The notes: generated by a model not told the origin, from the sequence alone. Counted from the stretch's first letter, positions 8,959-17,783 are shown. The stretch: DNA of 17,958 nt from Candidatus Fervidifonticultor quintus (GCA_031459535.1 JAVKIJ010000069.1:1-17958), one strand, 5' to 3'. A program made the numbers and translations.

Positions 8959-9942
8959 ATGCCCGAGATCACCATCGTTGCCACCGCTCTCGACGGCACA
9001 CTGAGCCGGTCGGGCCTCGAGCTGGTCGGCGGTGCCCGGACGCTCGGTGCCGGCCTGGGACTGGAGCTCAGCGCGATCCTCCTGGGGACCGGGACCGGGC
9101 TGGCGGAGGCAGTCGACGTTCTCCACCGCTGGGGCGTCGGCAAGGTCTACCGGGTGGCCCATCCGCTGCTGACCGCCGGGCACAGCGACGCGGTCCTCCA
9201 CGCGCTCGAGCAGGTCGCCAGGACGATCGCCCCGCGGGTCGTGCTGCTCACCGCCGACACGGTGGGACGGGAAGTCGCACCCAGGCTGGCCTACCGGCTG
9301 CCCGGCGCGCTGATCACCGAGGCGACGGAGCTGGCGGTCGATGGCGGCGCCGCCGTGGCCCGCCGGCAGGTCTACGGCGGCCGGGCCGTGGCCACCGTGG
9401 CGGCCTCGGCGTGGCCCGTGGTGATCTCGGTCCGGCCGCGGGCGCTGGAGGTGCCGGAACCGCAGCCGGTACCCGGGATCGTCGAGGACATGCCGGTTAC
9501 CCTGGACGAGGCCGCCCTGCCGACCCGCGTGCGCGAAATCCTGCGCCAGCAGGCTGAGGTCGGTCTGGAAGATGCGCAGGTGGTCGTGGGCGGCGGCCGC
9601 GGCCTGGGAGGGCCCGAGGGGTTCAAGCTCATCGGCGAGCTGGCCGAGGCGCTCGGTGGTGCCGTGGGTGCCTCGAGGCCGCCAGCGGATGCGGGTTGGG
9701 TGCCGGTGAGCTGGCAGATCGGCCAGACCGGAAAGACCATCCGGCCGGCCCTCTACATTGCGGTGGGCATCTCCGGCGCCACCCAGCACGTGGCCGGGGT
9801 CTCCGGATCTCGCACTATCGTGGCCATCAACAGGGATCCTGAGGCACCCATCTTCTCGGTGGCACACCTGGGACTCGTCGGCGACTACAGGGAGATCGTC
9901 CCGGCGCTGATCGCCAAGGTGCGGGAGCTGCGGGGCCGGTAG
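8959..9942 (+). CDS. etfA: Electron transfer flavoprotein alpha subunit
   Basis: 327 aa with FAD-domain motifs [42 protein letters not shown] and [21 protein letters not shown] overlaps the etfB stop. Confidence 0.96.
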   Translation: MPEITIVATALDGTLSRSGLELVGGARTLGAGLGLELSAILLGTGTGLAEAVDVLHRWGVGKVYRVAHPLLTAGHSDAVLHALEQVARTIAPRVVLLTADTVGREVAPRLAYRLPGALITEATELAVDGGAAVARRQVYGGRAVATVAASAWPVVISVRPRALEVPEPQPVPGIVEDMPVTLDEAALPTRVREILRQQAEVGLEDAQVVVGGGRGLGGPEGFKLIGELAEALGGAVGASRPPADAGWVPVSWQIGQTGKTIRPALYIAVGISGATQHVAGVSGSRTIVAINRDPEAPIFSVAHLGLVGDYREIVPALIAKVRELRGR

Positions 9943-9975
9943 CCCGCGGGCTGGCCCCGTCCGGTGGCGGCGCAG

Positions 9976-11961
9976 ATGGTGCCCACGCGAGAGGTCTACT
10001 GGAACATCCCCTCGCTCGGCATCGTGGTCATGTACCTGCTGGCCGCAGTCGCCCTGGCTGTGGCAGGCTACGGACTGTGGCGGCATGTCAGGATGTGGCG
10101 GCTGGGCCGGCCGGTGGACCGCCTGCGCCCGGTAGGGATGCGGCTGCGCGCCGTACTGCGCCACGTGCTGGCTCACGGCCGGTTGCTGGACGAGCGGGTG
10201 GCCGGCGCATACCACTTCGCGCTGTTCTGGGGCTTCCTGTTCCTGTTCGCCGGGACCACTGTGGTGTTCGTCCACCAGGACTTGAAGATCAGGATCATGC
10301 AGGGGCGGTTCTATCTGTACTTCCAGTCCGCAGCGCTGGACGTCATGGGGCTGCTCGCCGCCCTAGGGGTCGCTGGGGCCCTCCTGATGCGCTATGTGGT
10401 CAGGCTGCCGCGGCTGCGGCGCGGAGTGCTGGCTGATGCCGTTGCGCTCTGGTTGTTCGAGGCGATCCTGGTCACTGGGTTCGCCGTGGAGGGGCTGCGC
10501 ATCGCGGGCACGCGTGACCCATGGGGAATGTGGTCGCCCGTGGGCGGCGGCCTGGCGGCCGCGATCGGCGCCCTGGGCGCAAGCGAGGCGGCCATCCGCA
10601 CCGGGCACGCGTGGCTGTGGTGGACGCATCTGCTGCTGTCCCTGGCACTCGTGGCGTACATCCCGTACTCGAAGCTCTTCCACCTGATCCTGGCGCCAGT
10701 CAACGTCTACCTCCGGCCGCTGGCGAATCCTGGCGGTGCGACTCCCATAGACTTCGAGCGGACCGAGCGGCTTGGTGCAGCCGCATTCTCGGATCTGGCA
10801 TGGAAGGACCTGTTCGACCTCGACGTGTGCACGGAGTGCGGACGCTGCACGGCCGTCTGTCCTGCCAGCCTCACGGGAAAGGCCCTCTCGCCCATGCACG
10901 TGGTCCTGGACCTGCGAGACGAGATGAGACGGACCAACGGGCGCTCTCCGCGGGCCCTCGGCGGCGGCGTGATCAGCACCGAGGCGCTCTGGGCCTGCAC
11001 CACCTGCCTGGCCTGCATGGAGGCGTGTCCGGTCTTCATCGAGCACGTGCCGAAGATCGTTGAGATGCGCCGCCATCTCGTGATGGAGGAGACCGTCGTG
11101 CCCGATCCCATGGCCGAGGCGCTGCGGAGCCTGGAGGCCCGGGGACACCCGTTCCGCGGCGCCGGGCTGGCGCGATCGGCGTGGGCCGACGGGCTGGACG
11201 TGGGGCGGCTGCCGCAGGGCGATCGGGCGGAGTGGCTGCTGTGGGCCGGGTGCGCGGCCTCACTCAACGAACGCAACCACGCCGCGCTGCGGGCGCTGGT
11301 CCGGCTACTGCAGGTGGGCGGCGTGGACGTGGCGATTCTGGGCGACGAAGAGGTCTGCACCGGCGATCCCGCGCGCCGCATGGGAAACGAGTATCTCTTC
11401 CAGACCTTGGCCCAGAGCAACATCGAGACGTTGCGCGGCTATGAGGTCACCAAGATCGTCACGCTGTGCCCGCATTGCTACAATACGTTCAGACACGAGT
11501 ACCCGCAGTTCGGCGGGCGGTTCGAGGTGTGGCACCACACTCAGCTCCTCGCGCGCCTGGTGTCCGAGGGCCGCCTGCGGCCGGCCCATCCGGTCGCGGC
11601 CGCGATCACGTTCCACGACCCGTGCTACCTGGGCCGGCACAACGGCGAGTACGACGCGCCGCGCCGGGTCCTGGCCGCCATCCCGGGCGCCAGGTTGGTC
11701 GAGATGCCCCGGTGCCGCGATCGCGGCTTCTGCTGCGGTGCGGGCGGTGGGTTGTACTGGACCGAAGACCGGACCGGTCAGCGGATCAATCACGTGCGGA
11801 CCCGTGAGGCCGCGCAGACAGGAGCCGACGTGGTGGCCGCCGCCTGCCCATTCTGCACGCTGATGCTCGAAGACGGGGTTGCGGCCGCCGAGGCCGCGAT
11901 CCGGCCCATGGACGTGGCCGAGTTGCTCGAGCGGAGCCTGGGGGAGGAGCGTCGTTCATGA
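9976..11961 (+). CDS. Membrane-bound Fe-S oxidoreductase, FadF/EtfD/EMO-type (putative ETF:quinone oxidoreductase)
   Basis: N-terminal multi-TM NarI-like region with four His (codons at 10213, 10273, 10627, 10681). Two CxxCxxCxxxCP motifs ([24 protein letters not shown]). Two CCG-type domains (GC..CTGD..CPHC; HDPC..CCGAGGG..CPFC). Start is ATG 9976 or GTG 9964. Confidence 0.9.
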   Translation: MVPTREVYWNIPSLGIVVMYLLAAVALAVAGYGLWRHVRMWRLGRPVDRLRPVGMRLRAVLRHVLAHGRLLDERVAGAYHFALFWGFLFLFAGTTVVFVHQDLKIRIMQGRFYLYFQSAALDVMGLLAALGVAGALLMRYVVRLPRLRRGVLADAVALWLFEAILVTGFAVEGLRIAGTRDPWGMWSPVGGGLAAAIGALGASEAAIRTGHAWLWWTHLLLSLALVAYIPYSKLFHLILAPVNVYLRPLANPGGATPIDFERTERLGAAAFSDLAWKDLFDLDVCTECGRCTAVCPASLTGKALSPMHVVLDLRDEMRRTNGRSPRALGGGVISTEALWACTTCLACMEACPVFIEHVPKIVEMRRHLVMEETVVPDPMAEALRSLEARGHPFRGAGLARSAWADGLDVGRLPQGDRAEWLLWAGCAASLNERNHAALRALVRLLQVGGVDVAILGDEEVCTGDPARRMGNEYLFQTLAQSNIETLRGYEVTKIVTLCPHCYNTFRHEYPQFGGRFEVWHHTQLLARLVSEGRLRPAHPVAAAITFHDPCYLGRHNGEYDAPRRVLAAIPGARLVEMPRCRDRGFCCGAGGGLYWTEDRTGQRINHVRTREAAQTGADVVAAACPFCTLMLEDGVAAAEAAIRPMDVAELLERSLGEERRS

Positions 11962-13562
11962 CCGACGAGGCCCGCAAGCCGGCGGTACCCGCAGAGACCC
12001 TCTCCGGCATTCCCATCAAGACGTGCTACGGGCCGGACGATGTGGCCGGTCGCCCGCTGGAACGCATCGGCCGGCCCGGCGAGTACCCGTTCACGCGCGG
12101 CATCCACGCCGATATGTATCGGGGCCGGCTGTGGACCATGCGGCAGTTCGCCGGGTTCGGCACGGCAGAGGACACCAACCGCCGGTTCCACTATCTGCTC
12201 GAGCACGGGCAGACCGGGCTGTCTGTGGCGTTCGACATGCCCACGCTGATGGGCTACGACTCGGACCATCCGCGGGCTGCGGGCGAGGTGGGGCGCGAGG
12301 GCGTCGCGATCGACACCCTGGCCGACATGGAGATCCTGCTCGAGGGCATCCCGCTGGATCGTGTGACGACCTCGATGACCATCAACGCGCCGGCGAACGT
12401 GCTGCTGGCCATGTACGTGGCGGTGGCGGATCGGCGGGGCATACCGCGCTCCCAGATCGGCGGCACCACCCAGACCGACATGCTCAAGGAGTTCATCGCC
12501 CAGAAGGAGTGGATCGTCCCACCCAGGCCCAGCATGCGCCTGATCCAGGACATGCTGGTGTTCGGGACCAGGGAGCTGCCCCGCTGGAACGTCATCAGCA
12601 TCAGCGGCTACCACATTCGCGAGGCCGGCGCCACGGCGGTCCAGGAGCTGGCATTCACCCTGGCCGACGGCATCGCGTACGTGGAGGCTGGCATGGCCGC
12701 CGGGCTGGACGTCGATGCCTTTGCACCGCGGCTTTCGTTCTTCTTCGACGTCCACAACGACTTCTTCGAAGAGATCGCCAAGTTCCGGGCGGCGCGGCGC
12801 ATGTGGGCGACCATCATGCGCGACCGCTTCCACGCCGCCAACCCACGCTCATGGTGGCTGCGGACGCATGCCCAGACCGCAGGAGTGTCGCTGACGGCGC
12901 AGCAGCCGCTGAACAACGTCGCCCGGGTGGCCCTGCAGGCGCTGGCCGCGGTCCTGGGCGGGACGCAATCCCTCCACACGAACTCCATGGACGAGACGTA
13001 CGCCCTGCCCACTGAAGAGGCCGTGAGGCTCGCCCTGCGAACCCAGCAGATCCTGGCCTATGAGACCGGAGTGGCCGCCACGGTGGATCCTCTGGGTGGA
13101 TCGTACTTCGTGGAGGCGCTGACCGACCAGGTCGAGGAGGCCGCCTGGCGGTACATCCGCCGGATCGACGAGCTCGGCGGCATGGTGGCCGCCGTGGAGG
13201 CGGGATACCCGCAGCGGGAGATCGCCGACGCCGCCTTCCGGTTTGCGCAGCAGGTGGAGCGCAAAGAGCGCATCATCGTGGGCGTGAACGAGTTCACCGC
13301 GGACGAGGAGACACCCATCCCCATCCTGCGCATCGATCCCGAGGCCGAACGCCGCCAGATCCAGCGCACCAGGCGGGTTCGCGCCGAGCGCGATGCGGGG
13401 CAGGTGGAGCGGGCGCTGGCGGCACTGAAGCGCGCGGCCGAGGGGTCGGAGTGCACCATGGAGCACGTCGTGGACTGCGTCAAGGCCTACGCGACCCTGG
13501 GCGAGATCTGCGACGTGTTCCGGCGCGTGTACGGGGAGTACCGAGAACCGGCCTTCATTTGA
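11958..13562 (+). CDS. icmA: B12-dependent acyl-CoA mutase large (substrate-binding) subunit with isobutyryl-CoA mutase signature
   Basis: 534 aa with motifs [88 protein letters not shown] and DPLGGSY. There is no B12 domain. SD GGAGGAG and an ATGA overlap with the upstream gene. The family call is near-certain; ICM specificity is inferred from Phe64/Gln182. Confidence 0.82.
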   Translation: MTDEARKPAVPAETLSGIPIKTCYGPDDVAGRPLERIGRPGEYPFTRGIHADMYRGRLWTMRQFAGFGTAEDTNRRFHYLLEHGQTGLSVAFDMPTLMGYDSDHPRAAGEVGREGVAIDTLADMEILLEGIPLDRVTTSMTINAPANVLLAMYVAVADRRGIPRSQIGGTTQTDMLKEFIAQKEWIVPPRPSMRLIQDMLVFGTRELPRWNVISISGYHIREAGATAVQELAFTLADGIAYVEAGMAAGLDVDAFAPRLSFFFDVHNDFFEEIAKFRAARRMWATIMRDRFHAANPRSWWLRTHAQTAGVSLTAQQPLNNVARVALQALAAVLGGTQSLHTNSMDETYALPTEEAVRLALRTQQILAYETGVAATVDPLGGSYFVEALTDQVEEAAWRYIRRIDELGGMVAAVEAGYPQREIADAAFRFAQQVERKERIIVGVNEFTADEETPIPILRIDPEAERRQIQRTRRVRAERDAGQVERALAALKRAAEGSECTMEHVVDCVKAYATLGEICDVFRRVYGEYREPAFI

Positions 13563-13588
13563 CCCCCCCGCCCGCCGCGGGGTATCAT
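13559..13588 (+). promoter_or_regulatory. Putative sigma70-type promoter upstream of the mutase small subunit
   Basis: TTGACC (13559-13564), an 18 bp spacer, then TATCAT (13583-13588). Each hexamer is 5/6 consensus in a GC-rich background, about 50 nt upstream of ATG 13639. Confidence 0.6.
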
Positions 13589-13638
13589 CGTCGCGGCTCC
13601 GGCCGCCCACACCGACGAGAGGAGGAACGAGGCCGCCG

Positions 13639-14049
13639 ATGGCACGCTCGGCACGCATCCTGCTGGCCAAGCCCGGGCTCGACGGCCACGACCGCGGTAT
13701 CAAGGTCGTCGCTCGGGCCTTGCGCGACGCCGGATTCGAGGTCATCTACACGGGGTTGCATCAGACGCCGGAGATGGTGGTCAACTCCGCCATCCAGGAG
13801 GACGTGGACGCCATCGGGCTGTCGATCCTCTCGGGCGCCCACAACGCCCTCTTCCCCAGGATCATGGCGCTGCTCCGCGAGCGGTCCGCCGATGACATCG
13901 TCGTCTTTGGTGGAGGGATCATCCCCGACGAGGATGTTCCCGGACTGCTCGCGGCGGGGATCCGCCGGGTCTTCAGCCCGGGGACCTCGCTCGAAGAGAT
14001 CGTCCGGTGGGTACGCGACAACGTGCGGCCGCGCGGGATTGCGGCGTGA
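13639..14049 (+). CDS. icmB: Acyl-CoA mutase small cobalamin-binding subunit
   Basis: 136 aa with base-off/His-on motif [10 protein letters not shown], plus [33 protein letters not shown] and FSPGT. SD-like GGAGGA and GAGG lie upstream. Confidence 0.88.
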   Translation: MARSARILLAKPGLDGHDRGIKVVARALRDAGFEVIYTGLHQTPEMVVNSAIQEDVDAIGLSILSGAHNALFPRIMALLRERSADDIVVFGGGIIPDEDVPGLLAAGIRRVFSPGTSLEEIVRWVRDNVRPRGIAA

Positions 14050-14091
14050 GCGGCCGCAGCAGGTCGGGGCGCGGCTCGAGGTGACCGGCCT

Positions 14092-14973
14092 GTGAGGCGG
14101 CGGGTGGGGCCGCTTGCGGCCGGAGAACCAGTCTTGCTCGTGGACCGCAAGCGACGGACCTACCTGGTGTGGCTGGCATCCGGCGCGGTCTACAACCTCC
14201 GGGGCGGACAGGTGTCCCACGACGCGCTGATCGGTTGTCCCGAGGGTACCTACACCCAAACTTCTCGCGGCGAGCGGCTGCTGGTCCTGCGGCCGACCCT
14301 CGCCGACTATGTGCTCCTCATGCCGCGGGGGGCGCAGGTCATCTATCCCAAAGACCTGGGGCTCATCATCACGTTCTCGGACGTCTTTCCTGGCGCCACG
14401 GTGGTGGAGGCCGGTACAGGTTCCGGTGCCCTCACCATGGCCCTGGTCCGCGCGGTCGGGCCCGATGGCCGGGTCTTCTCCTACGAGATCCGCGAGGACT
14501 TTCACCGCGCCGCTGCCCGCAATATCGCCCGCTTCCTCGGCGAGACGCCGACCTTGACCCTGCGCCTGCACGACGTCTCCGAGGGCATACCGGACGGCCC
14601 GGCCGACCGGGTCGTCCTCGACTTGCCAGAGCCGTGGAGGGTGGTGGGGCCGGCCTTCGACGCCCTGCGGCCCGGCGGGATCCTGCTGGCCTACGTGCCG
14701 ACAACGATCCAGGTGCACCAGACAGCGGCAGCCTTGCGGGCCAGCGGCGGCTACGCCCAGATCGAGACGATGGAAACCCTGCTGCGGCCGTGGCACGTGG
14801 AGGCCCGGAGTATCCGGCCGGCCCACCGCATGGTGGCGCACACAGGTTTCGTGATCACCGCGCGGCGCCTGGCAACGCGCCGGCAGCCCGAGGGAGATGC
14901 CGCGGGGGCCCGAGAGCGAACGACTGGCGGCAGAGGGGAGGAGTCATGGCCACTGTCCAGGCCTCAACCGTAA
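14092..14973 (+). CDS. trmI: tRNA (adenine(58)-N1)-methyltransferase
   Basis: GCD14-family motifs RPTLADYV..MPRGAQVIYPKD, VVEAGTGSGALT, SYEIREDF, LDLPEPW, YVPT..Q and RP.HRMVAHTGF. GAGGTG precedes GTG 14092. Confidence 0.93.
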   Translation: MRRRVGPLAAGEPVLLVDRKRRTYLVWLASGAVYNLRGGQVSHDALIGCPEGTYTQTSRGERLLVLRPTLADYVLLMPRGAQVIYPKDLGLIITFSDVFPGATVVEAGTGSGALTMALVRAVGPDGRVFSYEIREDFHRAAARNIARFLGETPTLTLRLHDVSEGIPDGPADRVVLDLPEPWRVVGPAFDALRPGGILLAYVPTTIQVHQTAAALRASGGYAQIETMETLLRPWHVEARSIRPAHRMVAHTGFVITARRLATRRQPEGDAAGARERTTGGRGEESWPLSRPQP

Positions 14974-15401
14974 TCCGGTCGCCACTGGACCGTGTCTACG
15001 CCCTGGCCAAAGACGTGGAGCGGTTTCCGCAGTTCATGCCCGACCTGGAGAGCGTCACGGTGCTGGAGCGGACGCCGGCCGGCACCGTGACTGAATGGGT
15101 AGGGGTGGTCCAGGGCCGACGCATCCGGTGGATCGAAGAGGACGTATGGGACGACGACCGGCATGTGTGTGTGTTCCGGCAGCGGTCAGGCGACTTCGAC
15201 CGCTACCAGGGGGAATGGCGGTTCGAGGCTGCGTTGGAGGGTACACGGACGTCTCTGGTGGTCGAGTTCGAGCTGGACATCCCGCTGGCGGGCGCGCTGC
15301 TGGGCAACCTGCTGAAGATCCTGATGCGGAAGAACTGCGAGAGCATGCTCGGGGCGTTGAAGGCTCAGCTCGAGGGGGCTCCGGCGTCGGAGCAGCGTTG
15401 A
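14946..15401 (+). CDS. SRPBCC/START-fold (polyketide cyclase/CoQ10-like) lipid-binding protein
   Basis: 151 aa from ATG 14946 (SD GGAGGAG): MATVQASTVIRSPLDRVYALAKDVERFPQFMP...GDFDRYQGEWRF...C-terminal helix. It overlaps trmI by 28 bp. Confidence 0.85.
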   Translation: MATVQASTVIRSPLDRVYALAKDVERFPQFMPDLESVTVLERTPAGTVTEWVGVVQGRRIRWIEEDVWDDDRHVCVFRQRSGDFDRYQGEWRFEAALEGTRTSLVVEFELDIPLAGALLGNLLKILMRKNCESMLGALKAQLEGAPASEQR

Positions 15402-15456
15402 GGGCTCCGCTGGACGCTGCCGGTCTGGGAGAAAGTGCGGTCGGGGCCCCGGATAT

Positions 15457-15462
15457 TACACT
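15457..15462 (+). promoter_or_regulatory. Possible -10 element for the aminotransferase/dehydrogenase pair
   Basis: TACACT lies in an AT-rich patch (GATATTACACTA) in the 98 bp intergenic region, about 38 nt before ATG 15500. There is no convincing -35. Confidence 0.35.
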
Positions 15463-15499
15463 ACGGGCGTGGCCCACATGGTGCCAACGGGAGTGATGG

Positions 15500-16621
15500 A
15501 TGACCCCACGCACCGCGGCGGCGATCCCGATCGCTCGACCGCAACTCGGTGAGGAAGAGAAAAGACAGGTCCTTCGCGTCCTGGACTCGGGCACGCTCGT
15601 CGCGGGCCCCCGCGTGGCGGAATTCGAAGCGGCCTTCGCGGCCTATCTGGGCGTTCCCCACGCTGTGTCCACGTCGTCTGGGAGCACGGCGCTGCATATC
15701 GCGCTCCTGGCGCTGGGCATCGGCTGTGGCGATCGGGTGGTGACGACACCGTTCACCTTCGGCGCGCCCAGCCATGCGATCATCCACGTGGGTGCTGTGC
15801 CGGTGTTCGTGGATGTCGATCCGACCACGGCCAACCTCGATCCCGGCGCCGTCGAGGACGCCCTGCGAGGCGGAGGGGTCCGCGCGATCCTGGCCGTCCA
15901 CCTCTACGGCCTGCCGGCCAGCATGCCCGACCTGCGGGAGCTGGCCGATCGGTATGGGGTGCTTCTGATTGAGGACTGCGCCCAGGCCCACGGCGCGTCC
16001 ATCGGCGGCCGGAAGGTGGGGACGTTCGGCGATGCGGCGATCTTCAGCTTCTATCCCACGAAGAACATGACCACGGGCGAAGGCGGCATGGTGGTGACGG
16101 CCGACCCTGCCGTGGCACGGCGCGCAAGGCTGCTCGTCGACCCCCGGGGGGATGCAGAATACGCCTATGAGGTGGTGGGGTTCAACTTCCGGATGACCGA
16201 GGTGGCGGGCGCCATCGGGTTGGTTCAACTGGCCGCGCTGGACGCGCGCAACGAGCAGCGGCGGGCCAACGCCCGGCGGCTGTCCGAGGGTCTGGGTGAT
16301 CTTGCATGGCTAGAGGTGCCCCGGGAGCCGAGGGGCTACCGCCACGTGTACCATCAGTACACCATCCGGGTCAGGCGGCACCGCGACGAGCTGTCCCGTC
16401 ACTTGACAGCTCTGGGCATCGGCAACCGTGTATACTACCCCGCGCTGGTTCCGTTCACGCCGGCCTACCGGCGACGGGGGTTCGGCGGGACCTATCCCCA
16501 CGCTGAGCAGCTCACGCGGAACGTTCTATCGTTGCCCGTCTATCCAGGTCTGCGGCCCGAGGAAGTCGACGCGGTGGTGGAGGGCGTGCGGGCCTTCCAG
16601 GTACCCGATGATGAACTCTGA
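15500..16621 (+). CDS. DegT/DnrJ/EryC1/StrS-family PLP-dependent nucleotide-sugar aminotransferase (GnnB/WbpE-like)
   Basis: 373 aa with motifs GPRVAEFE..FA, SSGSTALHIAL, GAVPVFVDVD, VHLYG, IEDCAQAHGA, FSFYPTKNMTTGEGG (PLP Lys), GFNFRMTE, HVYHQYTI and LSLPVYP. SD GGGAG. Confidence 0.92.
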   Translation: MTPRTAAAIPIARPQLGEEEKRQVLRVLDSGTLVAGPRVAEFEAAFAAYLGVPHAVSTSSGSTALHIALLALGIGCGDRVVTTPFTFGAPSHAIIHVGAVPVFVDVDPTTANLDPGAVEDALRGGGVRAILAVHLYGLPASMPDLRELADRYGVLLIEDCAQAHGASIGGRKVGTFGDAAIFSFYPTKNMTTGEGGMVVTADPAVARRARLLVDPRGDAEYAYEVVGFNFRMTEVAGAIGLVQLAALDARNEQRRANARRLSEGLGDLAWLEVPREPRGYRHVYHQYTIRVRRHRDELSRHLTALGIGNRVYYPALVPFTPAYRRRGFGGTYPHAEQLTRNVLSLPVYPGLRPEEVDAVVEGVRAFQVPDDEL

Positions 16622-17546
16622 TCTGCTTCGGGTTGGGGTGGTCGGTCTGGGGCAGTGGGGACGGCAGCACGCCCGGGTGTTCGCCACCCTGCCGGGTGTG
16701 CGGCTCGCTGGGGTGGCAGACATCGATCCCCGTGAGGTTGAGGCGGCGGCGGCACGCTATGGCGCCCCAGGATTCCTCCACCACCAGGAGCTCATTGGCC
16801 GCGTGGACGCGGTGAGCATCGCGGCCCCCACGGTGCACCACTACGAGATTGCCAGGGACTTCATCCGTGCCGGCGTGCCGGCGCTGGTGGAGAAGCCCAT
16901 GACCGCCACGGTGGACGAGGCCGAGCGTCTGACCGCCCTCAGCGACCGCCATGGCACCGTGGTGCTGGTCGGCCACGTGGAGCGGTTCAAGCCGGCGGTG
17001 CAGCGGTTGCGGTCGGTCGTGGAGGATCCGCTGTTCATCCATGCCCGCCGCGTGCGGCCCTATGACCCCCACCGGGTCATGGATGTGGGCGTCGTGCTGG
17101 ACTTGATGATCCACGATCTGGACATCGTCCTCTCGCTGGTGCGCGACCGCGTGGCCGACATCAGCGGGGTCGGCGTGCGAGTCCACACCAGCCATGAGGA
17201 CCTGGCGGTGGCCCATCTCACCAGCGAAGGCGGGTGCCGTGTGACGCTGACAGCCAGCCGGGTTTCAGCTATAAAGGCCACGGAGATGGAAATCACCATG
17301 GCCGACCGCGCCGTGCACCTGGACTATCTGCGGGAGGTCATCACGATCCGGCACTTCAGCGGCGGGGTGCAGCGGCTGGCCATGGACGGCGAGGAACCGC
17401 TGCGGGCGGAACTCGCGCATTTCGTGGCCTGCGTCCGGGGTGATGAACGACCGCTGGTTTCAGCGGAGGATGGCCTCCGGGCCCTGGAGGTCGGTCACCA
17501 GCTGCTGCGCCGCATGGTGGACATCACGCCCAAAGTGCATGCCTGA
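16608..17546 (+). CDS. Gfo/Idh/MocA-family NAD-dependent oxidoreductase (GnnA/WbpB-like UDP-sugar 3-dehydrogenase)
   Basis: Motifs RVGVVGLGQWG..HARV, DAVSIAAPT..H, LVEKPM, VGHVERF.PA, VVLDLMIHDLD, ASRVS..K and EEPLRAEL.HF. Start is ATG 16608 or 16611, overlapping the end of the aminotransferase. Confidence 0.88.
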   Translation: MMNSDLLRVGVVGLGQWGRQHARVFATLPGVRLAGVADIDPREVEAAAARYGAPGFLHHQELIGRVDAVSIAAPTVHHYEIARDFIRAGVPALVEKPMTATVDEAERLTALSDRHGTVVLVGHVERFKPAVQRLRSVVEDPLFIHARRVRPYDPHRVMDVGVVLDLMIHDLDIVLSLVRDRVADISGVGVRVHTSHEDLAVAHLTSEGGCRVTLTASRVSAIKATEMEITMADRAVHLDYLREVITIRHFSGGVQRLAMDGEEPLRAELAHFVACVRGDERPLVSAEDGLRALEVGHQLLRRMVDITPKVHA

Positions 17547-17549
17547 GGT

Positions 17550-17783
17550 TCAGGGGCGGACAACCACGCAGATGGACACCTTGGCCACCCCGTCGATCTT
17601 CTCCACGGCGTGGCCGATCTCGGCCAGGCCCTTGGTGGACTCATCGTGGGCCACGGCCAGGACGTCAACCTCGCCCATGGTGACCGAGGCCTCGGTAATT
17701 CCCGGAATGCGCCGGACCCGGCGGGCCACCTCGGCGGGCGTGCTGCGGTCGAGCTTGACGAGCAGGTAGGCGGTCTCGCGCAT
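17550..17783 (-). CDS. Stand-alone Lrp/AsnC ligand-binding (RAM) domain protein
   Basis: 77 aa: MRETAYLLVKL...VARRVRRIPGITEASVTMGEVDVLAV...IEKIDGV-like (VEKIDGV)...SICVV. This is the typical AsnC C-terminal domain pattern, with no HTH. Confidence 0.82.
   Translation of the reverse strand: MRETAYLLVKLDRSTPAEVARRVRRIPGITEASVTMGEVDVLAVAHDESTKGLAEIGHAVEKIDGVAKVSICVVVRP

Noticed and set aside
8737-10275. 512-aa minus-strand ORF, and similar shadows such as 7217..8272, 11790..12833 and 13585..14841
   Set aside because: They are antisense to well-supported genes and show no family motifs.
11958-13562. Methylmalonyl-CoA mutase as the specific annotation
   Set aside because: The protein lacks the Tyr/Arg carboxylate-binding pair (it has Phe/Gln), and no epimerase or propionyl-CoA carboxylase lies nearby.
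14169-14945. Long N-terminal extension or fusion on the SRPBCC protein (ORF 14169..15401)
   Set aside because: It lies inside trmI in another frame. The SD and domain start are at 14946.
16428-16607. N-terminal extension of the Gfo/Idh/MocA dehydrogenase
   Set aside because: It overlaps the aminotransferase. The Rossmann fold starts right after ATG 16608/16611.
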